From contig NC_068981.1 in assembly GCF_001194135.2 (NCBI RefSeq), positions 179,705,500 to 179,752,524 of the forward strand: a DNA stretch of 47,025 nt, in the 5' to 3' direction. Positions 24,102-35,700 of this stretch are shown in pieces (the stretch's first letter is position 1; every line of letters starts with the position of its first letter). The DNA comes from Octopus bimaculoides (lineage: Eukaryota). The notes under the pieces are model-generated. The model was not told the origin of the DNA. It was given only the letters and a program-made list of their open reading frames with translations, and did not search any database. The translations under genes were made by a program, and so were the position numbers.

Positions 24102-25357
24102 ATTGCTTCCAAGCAACATGACCCCGGTTTTAGTCCCACTGCGTAGAACCTTGGGACAGTATCTTCTACTAAAGCCTCGGGCCAACTGAAGACTTGTGAG
24201 TGAGTTTGGTAGACGAAAGTGGAAGAAGCCCGTCGCCTATATATATATATATATATATATATATNNNNNNNNNNNNNNNNNNNNNNNNNNNNNNNNNNNN
24301 NNNNNNNNNNNNNNNNNNNNNNNNNNNNNNNNNNNNNNNNNNNNNNNNNNNNNNNNNNNNNNNNNNNNNNNNNNNNNNNNNNNNNNNNNNNNNNNNNNNN
24401 NNNNNNNNNNNNNNNNNNNNNNNNNNNNNNNNNNNNNNNNNNNNNNNNNNNNNNNNNNNNNNNNNNNNNNNNNNNNNNNNNNNNNNNNNNNNNNNNNNNN
24501 NNNNNNNNNNNNNNNNNNNNNNNNNNNNNNNNNNNNNNNNNNNNNNNNNNNNNNNNNNNNNNNNNNNNNNNNNNNNNNNNNNNNNNNNNNNNNNNNNNNN
24601 NNNNNNNNNNNNNNNNNNNNNNNNNNNNNNNNNNNNNNNNNNNNNNNNNNNNNNNNNNNNNNNNNNNNNNNNNNNNNNNNNNNNNNNNNNNNNNNNNNNN
24701 NNNNNNNNNNNNNNNNNNNNNNNNNNNNNNNNNNNNNNNNNNNNNNNNNNNNNNNNNNNNNNNNNNNNNNNNNNNNNNNNNNNNNNNNNNNNNNNNNNNN
24801 NNNNNNNNNNNNNNNNNNNNNNNNNNNNNNNNNNNNNNNNNNNNNNNNNNNNNNNNNNNNNNNNNNNNNNNNNNNNNNNNNNNNNNNNNNNNNNNNNNNN
24901 NNNNNNNNNNNNNNNNNNNNNNNNNNNNNNNNNNNNNNNNNNNNNNNNNNNNNNNNNNNNNNNNNNNNNNNNNNNNNNNNNNNNNNNNNNNNNNNNNNNN
25001 NNNNNNNNNNNNNNNNNNNNNNNNNNNNNNNNNNNNNNNNNNNNNNNNNNNNNNNNNNNNNNNNNNNNNNNNNNNNNNNNNNNNNNNNNNNNNNNNNNNN
25101 NNNNNNNNNNNNNNNNNNNNNNNNNNNNNNNNNNNNNNNNNNNNNNNNNNNNNNNNNNNNNNNNNNNNNNNNNNNNNNNNNNNNNNNNNNNNNNNNNNNN
25201 NNNNNNNNNNNNNNNNNNNNNNNNNNNNNNNNNNNNATAAGTACTAGGCTTACAAAGAATAAGCCCCGGGGTCGATTTGCTCGACTAAAGGCGGTGCTCC
25301 AGCATGGCCGCAGTCAAATTACTGAAACAAGTAAAAGAGTAAAAAAAAAAGAGTAAA

Positions 25358-25360
<3 letters not shown>
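24102..25360 (+). mobile_element. SINE family A copy spanning an assembly gap at its internal microsatellite
   Basis: 5' part 'tagtcccactgcgtagaaccttgggacagtatcttctactaaagcctcgggcc...gaagcccgtcg(TA)n' lies before the gap; 3' part 'ataagtactaggcttacaaag...gcagtcaaattactgaaac' lies after it. Could be two copies joined across the gap. Confidence 0.75.
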
Positions 25361-25401
<41 letters not shown>

Positions 25402-26140
25402 CATCTTACATATGCATATCCCTGTATAGGTACAAAAGTGTGTAGAGAACATTGTTAGCAATGTTGTTTAAACGCCTGCTGAAAAGACAATAGATTCTGA
25501 ACAAAGAGAGCAGGTTGATCTAATATGAACGCATATTTGAAATGAAATACTTTTAGCGCCATCAGTGTCGTTGGTTTGATGTCGAATTACGAAAGGAACA
25601 GATTGCAGTAAGTCGATTTACTAGGCGTCATCCGACGAATTTAGCAGACATCTGGAAATAATACAATCGGCAGGGGTTTTCGCTATCTAAAATATAACGT
25701 CGAAAGAACGCATATTCTTTAACATGTGGAATGGAAATGATTCGTCAGTTTAGTGGTTTTTCGTGAGTAGCAGTGGGGGTTTATAATTTACAGTCTACAA
25801 TTATGAAATGGTGCAGGAAAATGCATTGAAAATTGGAGATAAGTAAGTTCCCCATAGAGAGATGTGAATTAAATTAAGCCGTATGATTGAGAATCTCTTA
25901 TGTAATTATTGAATTGTTATTATGTCATAAAAAAAGAAATAAGTGAATGACCTTGGAAGTGTTCAAAAAGATTGAGCAGAAATATAAACTGCTTTCTAAA
26001 CGACATCTACCTGACATGAGTCGAGAAAATTGAGGTAAGATGAGGTGTGGAGGTTATTTGGATCTTAAAATGAGAAACAACTAAAATCTTATTTTATTAA
26101 AGCCTGCTACATACATGAATATGGAAATAGACAGACAGAC

Positions 26141-26173
<33 letters not shown>

Positions 26174-26946
26174 CATACATACATACATACATACATATAT
26201 NNNNNNNNNNNNNNNNNNNNNNNNNNNNNNNNNNNNNNNNNNNNNNNNNNNNNNNNNNNNNNNNNNNNNNNNNNNNNNNNNNNNNNNNNNNNNNNNNNNN
26301 NNNNNNNNNNNNNNNNNNNNNNNNNNNNNNNNNNNNNNNNNNNNNNNNNNNNNNNNNNNNNNNNNNNNNNNNNNNNNNNNNNNNNNNNNNNNNNNNNNNN
26401 NNNNNNNNNNNNNNNNNNNNNNNNNNNNNNNNNNNNNNNNNNNNNNNNNNNNNNNNNNNNNNNNNNNNNNNNNNNNNNNNNNNNNNNNNNNNNNNNNNNN
26501 NNNNNNNNNNNNNNNNNNNNNNNNNNNNNNNNNNNNNNNNNNNNNNNNNNNNNNNNNNNNNNNNNNNNNNNNNNNNNNNNNNNNNNNNNNNNNNNNNNNN
26601 NNNNNNNNNNNNNNNNNNNNNNNNNNNNNNNNNNNNNNNNNNNNNNNNNNNNNNNNNNNNNNNNNNNNNNNNNNNNNNNNNNNNNNNNNNNNNNNNNNNN
26701 NNNNNNNNNNNNNNNNNNNNNNNNNNNNNNNNNNNNNNNNNNNNNNNNNNNNNNNNNNNNNNNNNNNNNNNNNNNNNNNNNNNNNNNNNNNNNNNNNNNN
26801 NNNNNNNNNNNNNNNNNNNNNNNNNNNNNNNNNNNNNNNNNNNNNNNNNNNNNNNNNNNNNNNNNNNNNNNNNNNNNNNNNNNNNNNNNNNNNNNNNNNN
26901 NNNNNNNNNNNNNNNNNNNNATATGCATATAAATATATGTGTGTGT

Positions 26947-27062
26947 TTATCTTTTATCTTTTATTTTTCTCAGTTAATAGACTGCGGCCATACTGGGGCA
27001 TTGCCTTGAAGAATTTATAGTCGATCGACTTGGTACATTTTTTATGCTTGGTACTCATTTTA
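26947..27062 (-). mobile_element. SINE family A 3' fragment
   Basis: Minus strand 'gagtaccaagc...gtcgatcgact...ttcttcaaggcaatgccccagtatggccgcagtctattaactgag..aaaagataaaagata'. Confidence 0.8.
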
Positions 27063-27730
27063 TGCATCTCTCTATATAATTGCCTCCTCTTTTCAGATGG
27101 TATCCGTCTCAGAAACGATAGTGAGACATTTTTACGTCCTTGAATTGAGGTGAAAAAATCTTGTGCAACACATTTGCCACTCACACGGTCGCCTGCCAGC
27201 GAAAAGAATTACGAGATGACTGATACTATTTTGACTGTAAGTTTTATGTGAGAGTACTTTTCTCTTAGAAGAGCTTTCTCAACGGCTTTGTTAAAAGTAA
27301 GGGACCATCCTTTTCCACTGAAAAATCTGGTTAACCCATTGGTGGGACCCTTACATGTATTACCGTTCTGGGCTAGAACAGACCTGGGCCTTATATATAT
27401 ATTCGTGTGTTAATGTCTAATTTACATGTTAATGTGTAATTTACATGTTAATATCTAATTTCTTTTACTCAGAAAATAATTGATAAAAGGAATGTTTATT
27501 TCTAACATGAGATCAAGGTTACGCATTATGGACGTGGATTACTAACTTGTTCAGTACTGAGACCCCCTTTTATTTGTATAACTTTTCCCTCTGATCCCAG
27601 GTTTCAAACGTCTGTCTACAAGACAAGCCGATTTTAGTAACTCACAACAAACGTTCTTTTTTCACCTCATCTCTCTTTCTGTCCCTTTGTCTCTCAACGA
27701 AAAAATATGTAACTAAATATTTTATGAAAT

Positions 27731-28460
27731 CAGTGGTTCTCAACCGAGGTCTATATGACCTATAGGAATCCATATAAGATTTTGGGGTGTCCAGGGAAAC
27801 AATATAGTAAACTGAGAATCCACAGTAATATTTTAAGGATCCATAACAAATATAATTGATTTAGATGTATTGATTGTGGAGGCGCAATGGTCCAGTGGTT
27901 AGGGCAGCAGACTCGCGGTCATAGGATCGCGGTTTCGATTCCCAGAGTGTTTATTGAGCGAAAACACCTAAAGCTCCACGAGGCTCCGGCAGGGGATGGT
28001 GGCGAACCATGCTGTACTCTTTCACCAGAACTTTCTCTCACTCTTACTTCCTGTGTTTGTTGTGCCTGTAATTCAAAGGGTCAGCCTTGTCACACTCTGT
28101 GTCACGCTGAATATCCCCAAGAACTATGTTAAGGGTACACGTATCTGTGGAATGCTCAGCCACTTGCACGTTAATTTCACGAGCAGGCTGTTCCGTTGAT
28201 CGGATCAACTGGAATCCTCGACGTCGTAAGCGACGGAGTGCCAACAACAACAAACAGATGTATCGATTGCAAAATAAAGCGAGGTTTCCTTATCTAACTT
28301 TATACAGTGTTATACAAGTGAATGTGTGGACAACAAAACAGAAATCGTGAAAGGAGTATCTATAACACTAGCTTTTAAATATCAACGGCTACGAGGGGCC
28401 ACCAGAATAAAATAGTAACCAAAGGGGTCCATAAAAAGAAAAAGTGGTTTAAAAACACAG
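27731..28460. mobile_element. Degraded hAT-like MITE interrupted by a SINE
   Basis: Left end CAGTGGTTCTCAACC; right end reverse complement CTGTGTTTTTAAACC (11/15); candidate 8 bp TSD tatgaaat/cattaaac (5/8). Confidence 0.55.
27877..28255 (+). mobile_element. SINE family D, full length, with (CAA)n tail and 14 bp TSD
   Basis: tRNA head GGCGCAATGGTCCAGTGGTTAGGGCAG...GGTTTCGATTCC; tail GCCAACAACAAC; TSD AGATGTAT(T/C)GATTG at 27863-27876 and 28256-28269. Confidence 0.92.
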
Positions 28461-28754
28461 CATTAAACGAATAACATTAATCACAAGAAATTAGTTGTTT
28501 AATGATGTGACAGATGCTGCTTTGTTGACCAATGTTCTGAATTTCAGGTTGACTGGAGAGAATATTACATGTAGTTCATGTTTAAAATGTGGCTTAAATA
28601 TAAGGCTAACCCTGCAAATATGGAAACTATTCTAAAATTTAGAAAATTTACCTGCATTTTTATACTTCAGCGTCTTAAAATTTTGAACTAAGCTTGCAGA
28701 ACCACATCACTAACTTAACTGGTTTAGTTGATAAAATTGACAACGTTATTTGAT

Positions 28755-28858
28755 TGGCTGGCAAATTTGACCTCGGTGGAATTTGAACTCAAAATGTAAA
28801 GTTCAAATTCTGCTGCGCTCAGCTTTGCTTTTCATCCTTCCAAGGACGATAAAATTAC
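28755..28858. mobile_element. Two SINE family B body fragments fused head-to-head
   Basis: Minus-strand piece 'ggcaaatttgacctcggtggaatttgaactc' followed by plus-strand piece 'gttcaaattctgc...gcttttcatccttccaaggacgataaaat'. Confidence 0.65.
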
Positions 28859-29876
28859 GAATTTTCTATTTCCATTTTAAAAATAATTTTTAATGTGTTT
28901 TTTTTTTTTCTGAAATTTTTTTTTAGGCTTCACTGATCTATGCCTCTCTTGCACTTTTTCTGCTTTCTGCTAATGACAGCATCACACTTTATTGATCTTG
29001 GTTCAGGTTGATCGCGTGCCACGTTCACAAAGGACAAGAACGAAAAAAGGAAGGAAAGAGAGAAAGAAAGAGGTGAATAGAGAAATGGAGAGAGAGAGAA
29101 TGAGAAAAAAGAAAATGAGGTCCATTATTTCACTCTCATTAAAGCACACACAAACGCAAACGCACACACACAGAGTCACATGAACACACGCACGTAATCA
29201 AGGAGAAATATTTGTTTGCGTTTTATGTATATTGTCAAGACGATAGTGGACCACTCTTAGTATTTTTTCTGTCTCCATTCCTCTATAATACACTACCTTT
29301 ACTTTTTCTGTCTTTCTTCCTTTCTACCTTTCTCTCTCCCTTCTCTATTACAATTTTTCCATTCTTTTTCCTCATCACCTTCTCACTGCTCGAAGCCAGA
29401 CTTTGCGTGTGTGTGTGTGTGTGTGTGTGTGTGCACTTCTTAGCTTTCCTTCTTTGTGATTTTCTACTACTAACCCTAGTGTAAAGTCGGTTTGTAAATT
29501 TAGCTATTCGTGTCAATAACCCTCTACTCTGGAATAGTGAATGTTTTTATTCACTATATAGTCTATTCATGTCAGAGAAACGGCAACACAATGGAGAAAA
29601 TCCAAAGTAATAGGCTAATAGAACAACAAAAACTTTCGCTTCACTCAGATTCTCGAGTAAAGCAAAGTCTGTATGTATATATTGTATATATACATATATG
29701 TGTACGAACTGATACATGTGTGTGTGTATATATATNNNNNNNNNNNNNNNNNNNNNNNNNNNNNNNNNNNNNNNNNNNNNNNNNNNNNNNNNNNNNNNNN
29801 NNNNNNNNNNNNNNNNNNNNNNNNNNNNNNNNNNNNNNNNNNNNNNNNNNNNNATATATATATATATATATATACT

Positions 29877-29925
29877 GGCGGTGCCCTAGCATAGCCTCAC
29901 CCTTTGGACTGAAACGCGTAAAACT
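29877..29925 (+). mobile_element. Isolated LINE/SINE 3' tail fragment
   Basis: GGCGGTGCCCTAGCATAGCCTCACCCTTTGGACTGAAAC. Confidence 0.65.
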
Positions 29926-30003
29926 ATAAAAAATACATATATACATATGTAAATTATATATGAATATATAATATTTTTTTAAATTTCTACTGATTAACAT
30001 TAA

Positions 30004-30101
30004 CCGTAAACTAGCGGTTCAGCAAACTTCTCCGAGAGGAGTACCAGACTTAAAAAGGCGGTGCCCCAGCATGGCCGATACAAGTAAAAGATAAAAGATA
30101 T
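30004..30101 (+). mobile_element. SINE family A 3' fragment with internal deletions
   Basis: 'cgtaaactagcggttcagcaaa...gagtaccagactt...ggcggtgccccagcatggccg..acaagtaaaagataaaagata'. Confidence 0.75.
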
Positions 30102-31039
30102 ATTCAGGAAAGACTAATCAGGAGAAATAAATAAAATATTTTTAACGTTCATAGGAAGGACTTTCAAACAATTAAAGCAAGAATGCAGAGTGTTTAAACG
30201 ATTCTTTACTGCAATATTTGACGGATTATTGTTTGTATTATATAAATAATTGTCTTATTTTGATAATTGGGATTTTGATAGATTACTATAATCTTTTAGA
30301 TAACGGTTTTGTTCATTATCTAGACAATTGATCCTCCTAAGTGGACAGGTGAGACCTTTTCCATGATAATTGTGCATTTTTATGTACAAATTAGTAATCA
30401 TTAGTTAAATATCTGTAATCCTGGAAAAGATAATTGATTTCGGTGTTTAAGTGTTTAGTAACTGTGATAAATAATTGGGAAAAGGTAGTTATAATACATA
30501 GATAATTGGTTCATAATTTCAGGCCATGCAAGTCGAGGTTGTTTTACATATATAGCTAGGTAGATTTTATGGACAGACATATTCTAAAAATAAATAAATA
30601 AATAAATAATTTCGTTTTTTAATCGAAAGGAAATGTATAAAGCAGTGACAGAAATAAGTTGCAAGAAAAGAAAAAGCTTTCTGGGTGATTTTTGTTTTTG
30701 TTTTTTCGTAGCATATTTCTATAGTGTCACCTGAATACCAGTCTATGGAATGCCTAATTGTATCTACAGCTAAATAATAGTATTAGTAATATGGGGCATG
30801 CTCTGTATCATAGGGTACGGCACCTTTGCACCGCTCAGGCGACAACTCTTCAACCCATGAGTCTGCTTCGGAAGTCGTTGCTGGTGAGGGTTTTACGAAG
30901 TCCAAGTGCAAATTCTTACTCAACCTCTCTTAGTCACCATTTTACGACAAGCAGAGACAACCTTGGCTGTCTTCTTTGACATGTCAGTCCTCAAGCAGCA
31001 CCATAGCAACGGGAAATGAACACAACAGTCAAGAATACT

Positions 31040-31118
31040 CAAGAACGCAGGACACCACTCGATTCCGAAATCGAACTAACGATCTTGTGATCGCGAATGC
31101 AACACTCTAACCACTAAA
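31040..31118 (-). mobile_element. Degraded tRNA-derived SINE head (family C-like)
   Basis: Minus strand TAGTGGTTAGAGTGTTGCATTCGCGATCACAAGATCGTTAGTTCGATTTCGG...GCGTTCTTGAG. Confidence 0.6.
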
Positions 31119-31290
31119 GTTTTTTTTTTTTGTTTGTTTTGTTTTTAAGAACTGAATTACTCTAATCAACAGTGGCAAAAACAACACAAAAAAAACAGTC
31201 AGAGACTTCCTTACTTTCACGCGTCCAAAACAATAGATTCGTTTGAAGAAGAAACTTCCTCTGAACGATGGAAACTCGAACTGCTATTCA

Positions 31291-31790
31291 TAGGTAGCTG
31301 CAGAGTTACCAAGGATTCTTCCCCATTCCAGTTAAGAAGAAACCAAATATCATCATATGGTACGAGAAAAAAAAAAAGAAGTAAATCTGTTCGAGGAATG
31401 AGAAGACGAGGGTGGAAAGCAGAGCACTATCTGATCGAAGATGGATGAAAAATGTGTATTGAAAACAGTGTGAGGTTATTGCTGTTGTCGCTGGGCCTAA
31501 CTCATCGTAAAGCAAACACCATCATGAGTGATCTGCAGACTATAGTGGAAATGGCAAGCCAATGGATTTGGTTAAAAAGAGACGATGTGCAATGGCTAGA
31601 AGAATATTGAGTGAGGCCTAGTAACCAGTTGATCTAGCAAGCGGGTTTGCATCTCAGTGAAGGAGGCTGATGCGCAATAATGCCGTTGAGAGGAAGGATC
31701 CGAAACGGCACGCACTATCTCCTGGTGACCCCACAAGCCTGCTAGTGTCCGGTATGCGGAGCTTTCAATTGGTAACACTTGCATCTGCAA
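31291..31790 (+). mobile_element. Decayed 3' end of an RLE (restriction-like endonuclease) non-LTR retrotransposon, Hero-like
   Basis: Frameshifted translation: FPIPVKKKPNIIIWYEKKK-EVNLFE / E*EDE-GWKAEHYLIEDG*KMCIENSVRLLLLSLGLTHRKANTIMSDLQTIVEMASQWIWLKRDDVQWLEEY*. This matches the Hero RLE pattern (RPDIVxWS..ELTVP..GW..PVEVGCRGF..AE.ASQWLWxKR..W), recalled from memory. A probable 3' UTR follows. Confidence 0.78.
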
Positions 31791-32635
31791 GTTGATTACA
31801 AAGAATCGATTGTTATAATTTAATCGTTATCAAATTATATATTCATCACATTCTTTTTATATCTTATATATATGCATACCCACACATTCATACACGTACA
31901 AGTATATGCATTCATGTATGTATGTATGTATGTATGTATGTATGTATATATGTATATGTATGTGTATGCGTATGCATGTATATACACACACACACATATA
32001 TATACGTATAAGATGTATATTTTTATCAAAATTTAGCACAAGCAACAGAGTGACTCAAGCTGCAAGAGTTTCGTTCGTTGGCACTTATCAAACTTGTTGA
32101 TAAATGCCAACGCACGATACTGTCGGACCTTGAGTCACTCTGTGTCTGTGTGTCTGTGTGTGTGTGTGTATTCTTACATCTATATATATATATGTATATA
32201 TTATATAGAGAGCGAGAGTGAGTGAGAGCTAGAGAGAAAGGAGACAGACAGACAAATGTGTAGTTTGAGCTTGTGTATATGGCAGCACGCGTGTGTATGG
32301 ACGTGCATGGACGTGTGTATGGATGTGTATCGATAAATTTTACATTTCCTTTTATTTTTCTCTAAATATATTCTCCTTCAAGTTCCTGAGAGAAGTTTTC
32401 TAACTGCTATCTAATCAAAACATTCAAAGATTTTAAGAAATTACTCATCTTTATATAGCATGACACTTCCATAGTACACAGTCTAACACTTTTCCTATAG
32501 TTTGAAATTCTAAACAGCACCTGTGGAGAACAATGAGACCATCGTCATCGAAATAATCATGTTATTAATGTGGCAAGGTGGTTGACTCTTGAGCGGCGTT
32601 CAAAATGCGTTGGTATATTTCTTCCGACTTAGAAA

Positions 32636-33006
32636 GCGGCGAACTGGCGGAAACATTACCACGCCTAGCAAAATTCTCTGTGGCATTTCGTCCGTTCTTA
32701 TGTTCTGAGTTCAAATTCTGCCGAGATCGACTTTGCCTGTCATCCTTTCGGGGTCGATAAAATAAGTACCAGTGGCATTACTGGAGTCGATGTAATCGAC
32801 TAGCCCCATCGTCTAAAGTTTCAGGCCCTGTGCTTATAGTAGAAAGAATATTTCTTCCAATTTTTTACGTTTTGAATTAAATTCTCATCGAGGTCAACAT
32901 TGCTTTTCATTCGAATTCTATAAATTAAATTACCACACAGATCCTGAGGTCGATGATATCGACTTTCTCCTCTTAAAATATTTGGCCTTGAGCAAGTATC
33001 AGAAGC

Positions 33007-33037
<31 letters not shown>
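32636..33037 (+). mobile_element. Tandem SINE family B: one full copy (tail 2) and a second degraded body with (ATT)n tail
   Basis: 32636-32851 has head, core and 'ggccctgtgcttatagtagaaagaatatt'; 32888-33037 has 'gaggtcaacattgcttttcatt...gaggtcgatgatatcgact...ggccttgagc...gaagccattattatt'. Confidence 0.8.
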
Positions 33038-33472
33038 TCTTTTTCTCATGTCACCCGGCATTATGTATTGTGGTCAATATATTCGACATGATAAAAAATG
33101 ATTGCGTTCTCAAAATAAACCGAGACAAATTCTTGAAATAGTAATACAAAAAAAACAAAAAAGAGAAAAAGCATTTCTCTTTAGAACTCATAACATCGTC
33201 TGGTTGCTTGTAACTATAAATCCTAGCAAGACAATAAATAAACAAACTTTAAAAATATATAAATTATAGTACTCTGGAGGTGCATTTTTTTTTTTTTCGT
33301 TTTCTGTTTTCTGTTTCTATATCTTTTCGTTTTTTCTCCCACTTGTTAAAATAAAAGTGCATGATCAGAATGACAAAGATCTTTGGTGGCAGTTCCTCTG
33401 AAACAGGATATGCCATAAAGAATAACAATGATGAGAGAAACTAGTCTAAATGATTCTCATTTTTTAAGCTCC

Positions 33473-33473
33473 C

Positions 33474-33560
<87 letters not shown>

Positions 33561-33577
33561 CGCTCTCTCTCTCTCTC
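33473..33577. repeat. (CT)n microsatellite
   Basis: Direct reading. Confidence 0.95.
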
Positions 33578-34547
33578 CACCTATCGTTCACTCTCTCTTT
33601 GTGTAATAATAGGAAAAAAATATAAAATGAATAAAGAAAAACGTCTCACAATTCTGCTACGAGTAAGATTCCTGGAATTATTTTACAAGTTAGAGGCAAG
33701 AAGCTCTGGTAAGCAACTCTTGTAAGTTGGGCGACAATTCCTCTTTTATCGTACTTTTAATTAGAAAGGAGATAGAGAGAGGGGGGAGAGAGAGTGAGGG
33801 AGAGAGAGAGAGAAAAGAAAAGAAAAAGAACTATCTATTCAGTAGATCGGCAGCAGGTTAGGGAGTCGCACGTTATTTAGATTGTTCAATCACTTAATTA
33901 GAGAGCAAATGTGTTTCCAACTGAATGCTTTATTTTGATTTTGATTCAGTAACACGAGAAAGAAAGATGAATGAATTGGTTTAGTACTACCTACTGCTGC
34001 TGCCACTACTAATGGCTGCTGTTGATACTACAATAGCAAGAAAAACAACTACTACTACTACTGCTTTAACCACCACCACCACCACCACTACCACAACTAC
34101 TACTACTACAAGAAATAATTGTTGCTACTCTATGGACCCAGGTCTGTCCTTATTCAGTTAACTATCATTACCAAGCAGTTTTCTTTTTCAGCCATTTTGT
34201 ATCTATCCCGTTATCCATTATCCAGACTTAGAAATCTTCATTTATAAGAGGAAAAAAAAAGGGAAGAAAAAGAGAAAAGAAACAGATTGGGTTTGATTTA
34301 TCTACTATTTCTCGCAGGTGTAGCGAACACATGGCGTATTCGTTGTTATCTCGCACAGAAGAGACATTAGTTGTTAGAAGGTAACTTATGAACAATTTTG
34401 ATTTACGAGGGATCTACATCTTATAATTTTTCCTTTGATTATATTTTTGTGTAGTAAGTTGTAAATATTTAAAGGTAATTATTTTCAATGCCTGCACAGT
34501 AAATTAAGCCTTAACGAAAAGCAGTGAGTTGGTAGAAATTATAAAAC

Positions 34548-34777
34548 GGCGAGCTGGCAGAAACGTTAGCACGCCGGGCGAAATGCCTAGCGGTATTTCG
34601 TCTGCTGTTACGATCTGAGTTCAACTCCGCCGAGGTTGACTTTGCCTTTCATCCTTTCGGGGTCGATAAATTAAGTACCAGTTACGCATTGGGGTCGATG
34701 TGATCGACTTAATCCCTTTGTCTGTACTTGTTTGTCCTCTCTATGTTTAGCTCCTTGTGGGCAATAAAGAAATAATA
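34548..34777 (+). mobile_element. SINE family B, near-intact copy (tail variant 1)
   Basis: GGCGAGCTGGCAGAAACGTTAGCACGCCGGGCGAAATGCC...GAGTTCAACTCC...core...TTTGTCTGTACTTGTTTGTCC...GGGCAATAAAGAAATA. Confidence 0.93.
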
Positions 34778-34873
34778 ACACGGCGAAGTGAGTGCCATAC
34801 AACGGTTAAATCAGCACTTTTAGATTTTTAGAAATAAGTCATCATCATCATCATCATTAAATATTATTCGTCT

Positions 34874-35378
34874 GGCGCAGGCGTGGCTGTGTGCTAAGAA
34901 GCTTGTTCCCCAACCGCATGGTTCTGGGTTCAGTCCCACTACGTGGCATTTTGGGCAAGTATCTTCTAATATAGCCTCGGGCCAACCAAAGTCTTGGGAG
35001 TGGATTTGGTAGACGGAAACTGAAAGAATCCCAACTTGGTATTAGTATCTTCGGTCCATAACTGATGAAAAATTAGGGTCCTTGTGTCTGTCCTACGTAT
35101 ACGTTTTGTAGTATTTAATGCATTTTTCATTTATGAAATAAACTGAACAACATGCATCTCGACTTTGTGTGTCGTTGTTTCTATATTTGTTCCTCCATCA
35201 CCGCTTGACAACCAGTGCTGTTGTATTTATGTCCCCGTAACTTAGCGTTTCGGCAAAAGAGACCAACAGAATAAGCACTAAGCTTTAAAAAAGCCCTGCG
35301 TTCTATTTGTTCGACTAAAACCCTTCAGGGCGGTGCTCCAGCATGGCCGCAGTCAAATGACTGAAACAAGTAAAATAA
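34874..35378 (+). mobile_element. SINE family A copy with non-microsatellite internal segment
   Basis: Intact head and tail; linker replaced by ~135 bp of unique sequence (about 35031-35165). Confidence 0.9.
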
Positions 35379-35700
35379 TATCAATAGCTTCAGTACGATC
35401 TCGGCCTTTCTTCTATTGCCCTTTTACCTTCACTTTGTCTCAGGTCTGTGTAATTCTTGATATATCAATAGTGTAAATTCTTGGCTTCTCATTTCCTCTG
35501 TCTCCATTCATTTTGCCTACTATCAACAGTTCTTGTAATTCAATTTTTTCTAATTAAGTATCCTGAATATTTTAGCTTTTCATCATTGAAATCGTCTAAT
35601 AAAAATGTGTTTGTTATTCTTATTATTTCATTATTTATTTGATGTTCCGTAAATATTCTTAAAAATCGTCTAGATGCTCGCATCTAAAGGTACAACGTAC

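Noticed and set aside
27408-27463. 19 bp tandem repeat, about three copies; possible CRISPR-like array
   Set aside because: No spacers; an ordinary short tandem duplication in eukaryotic DNA.
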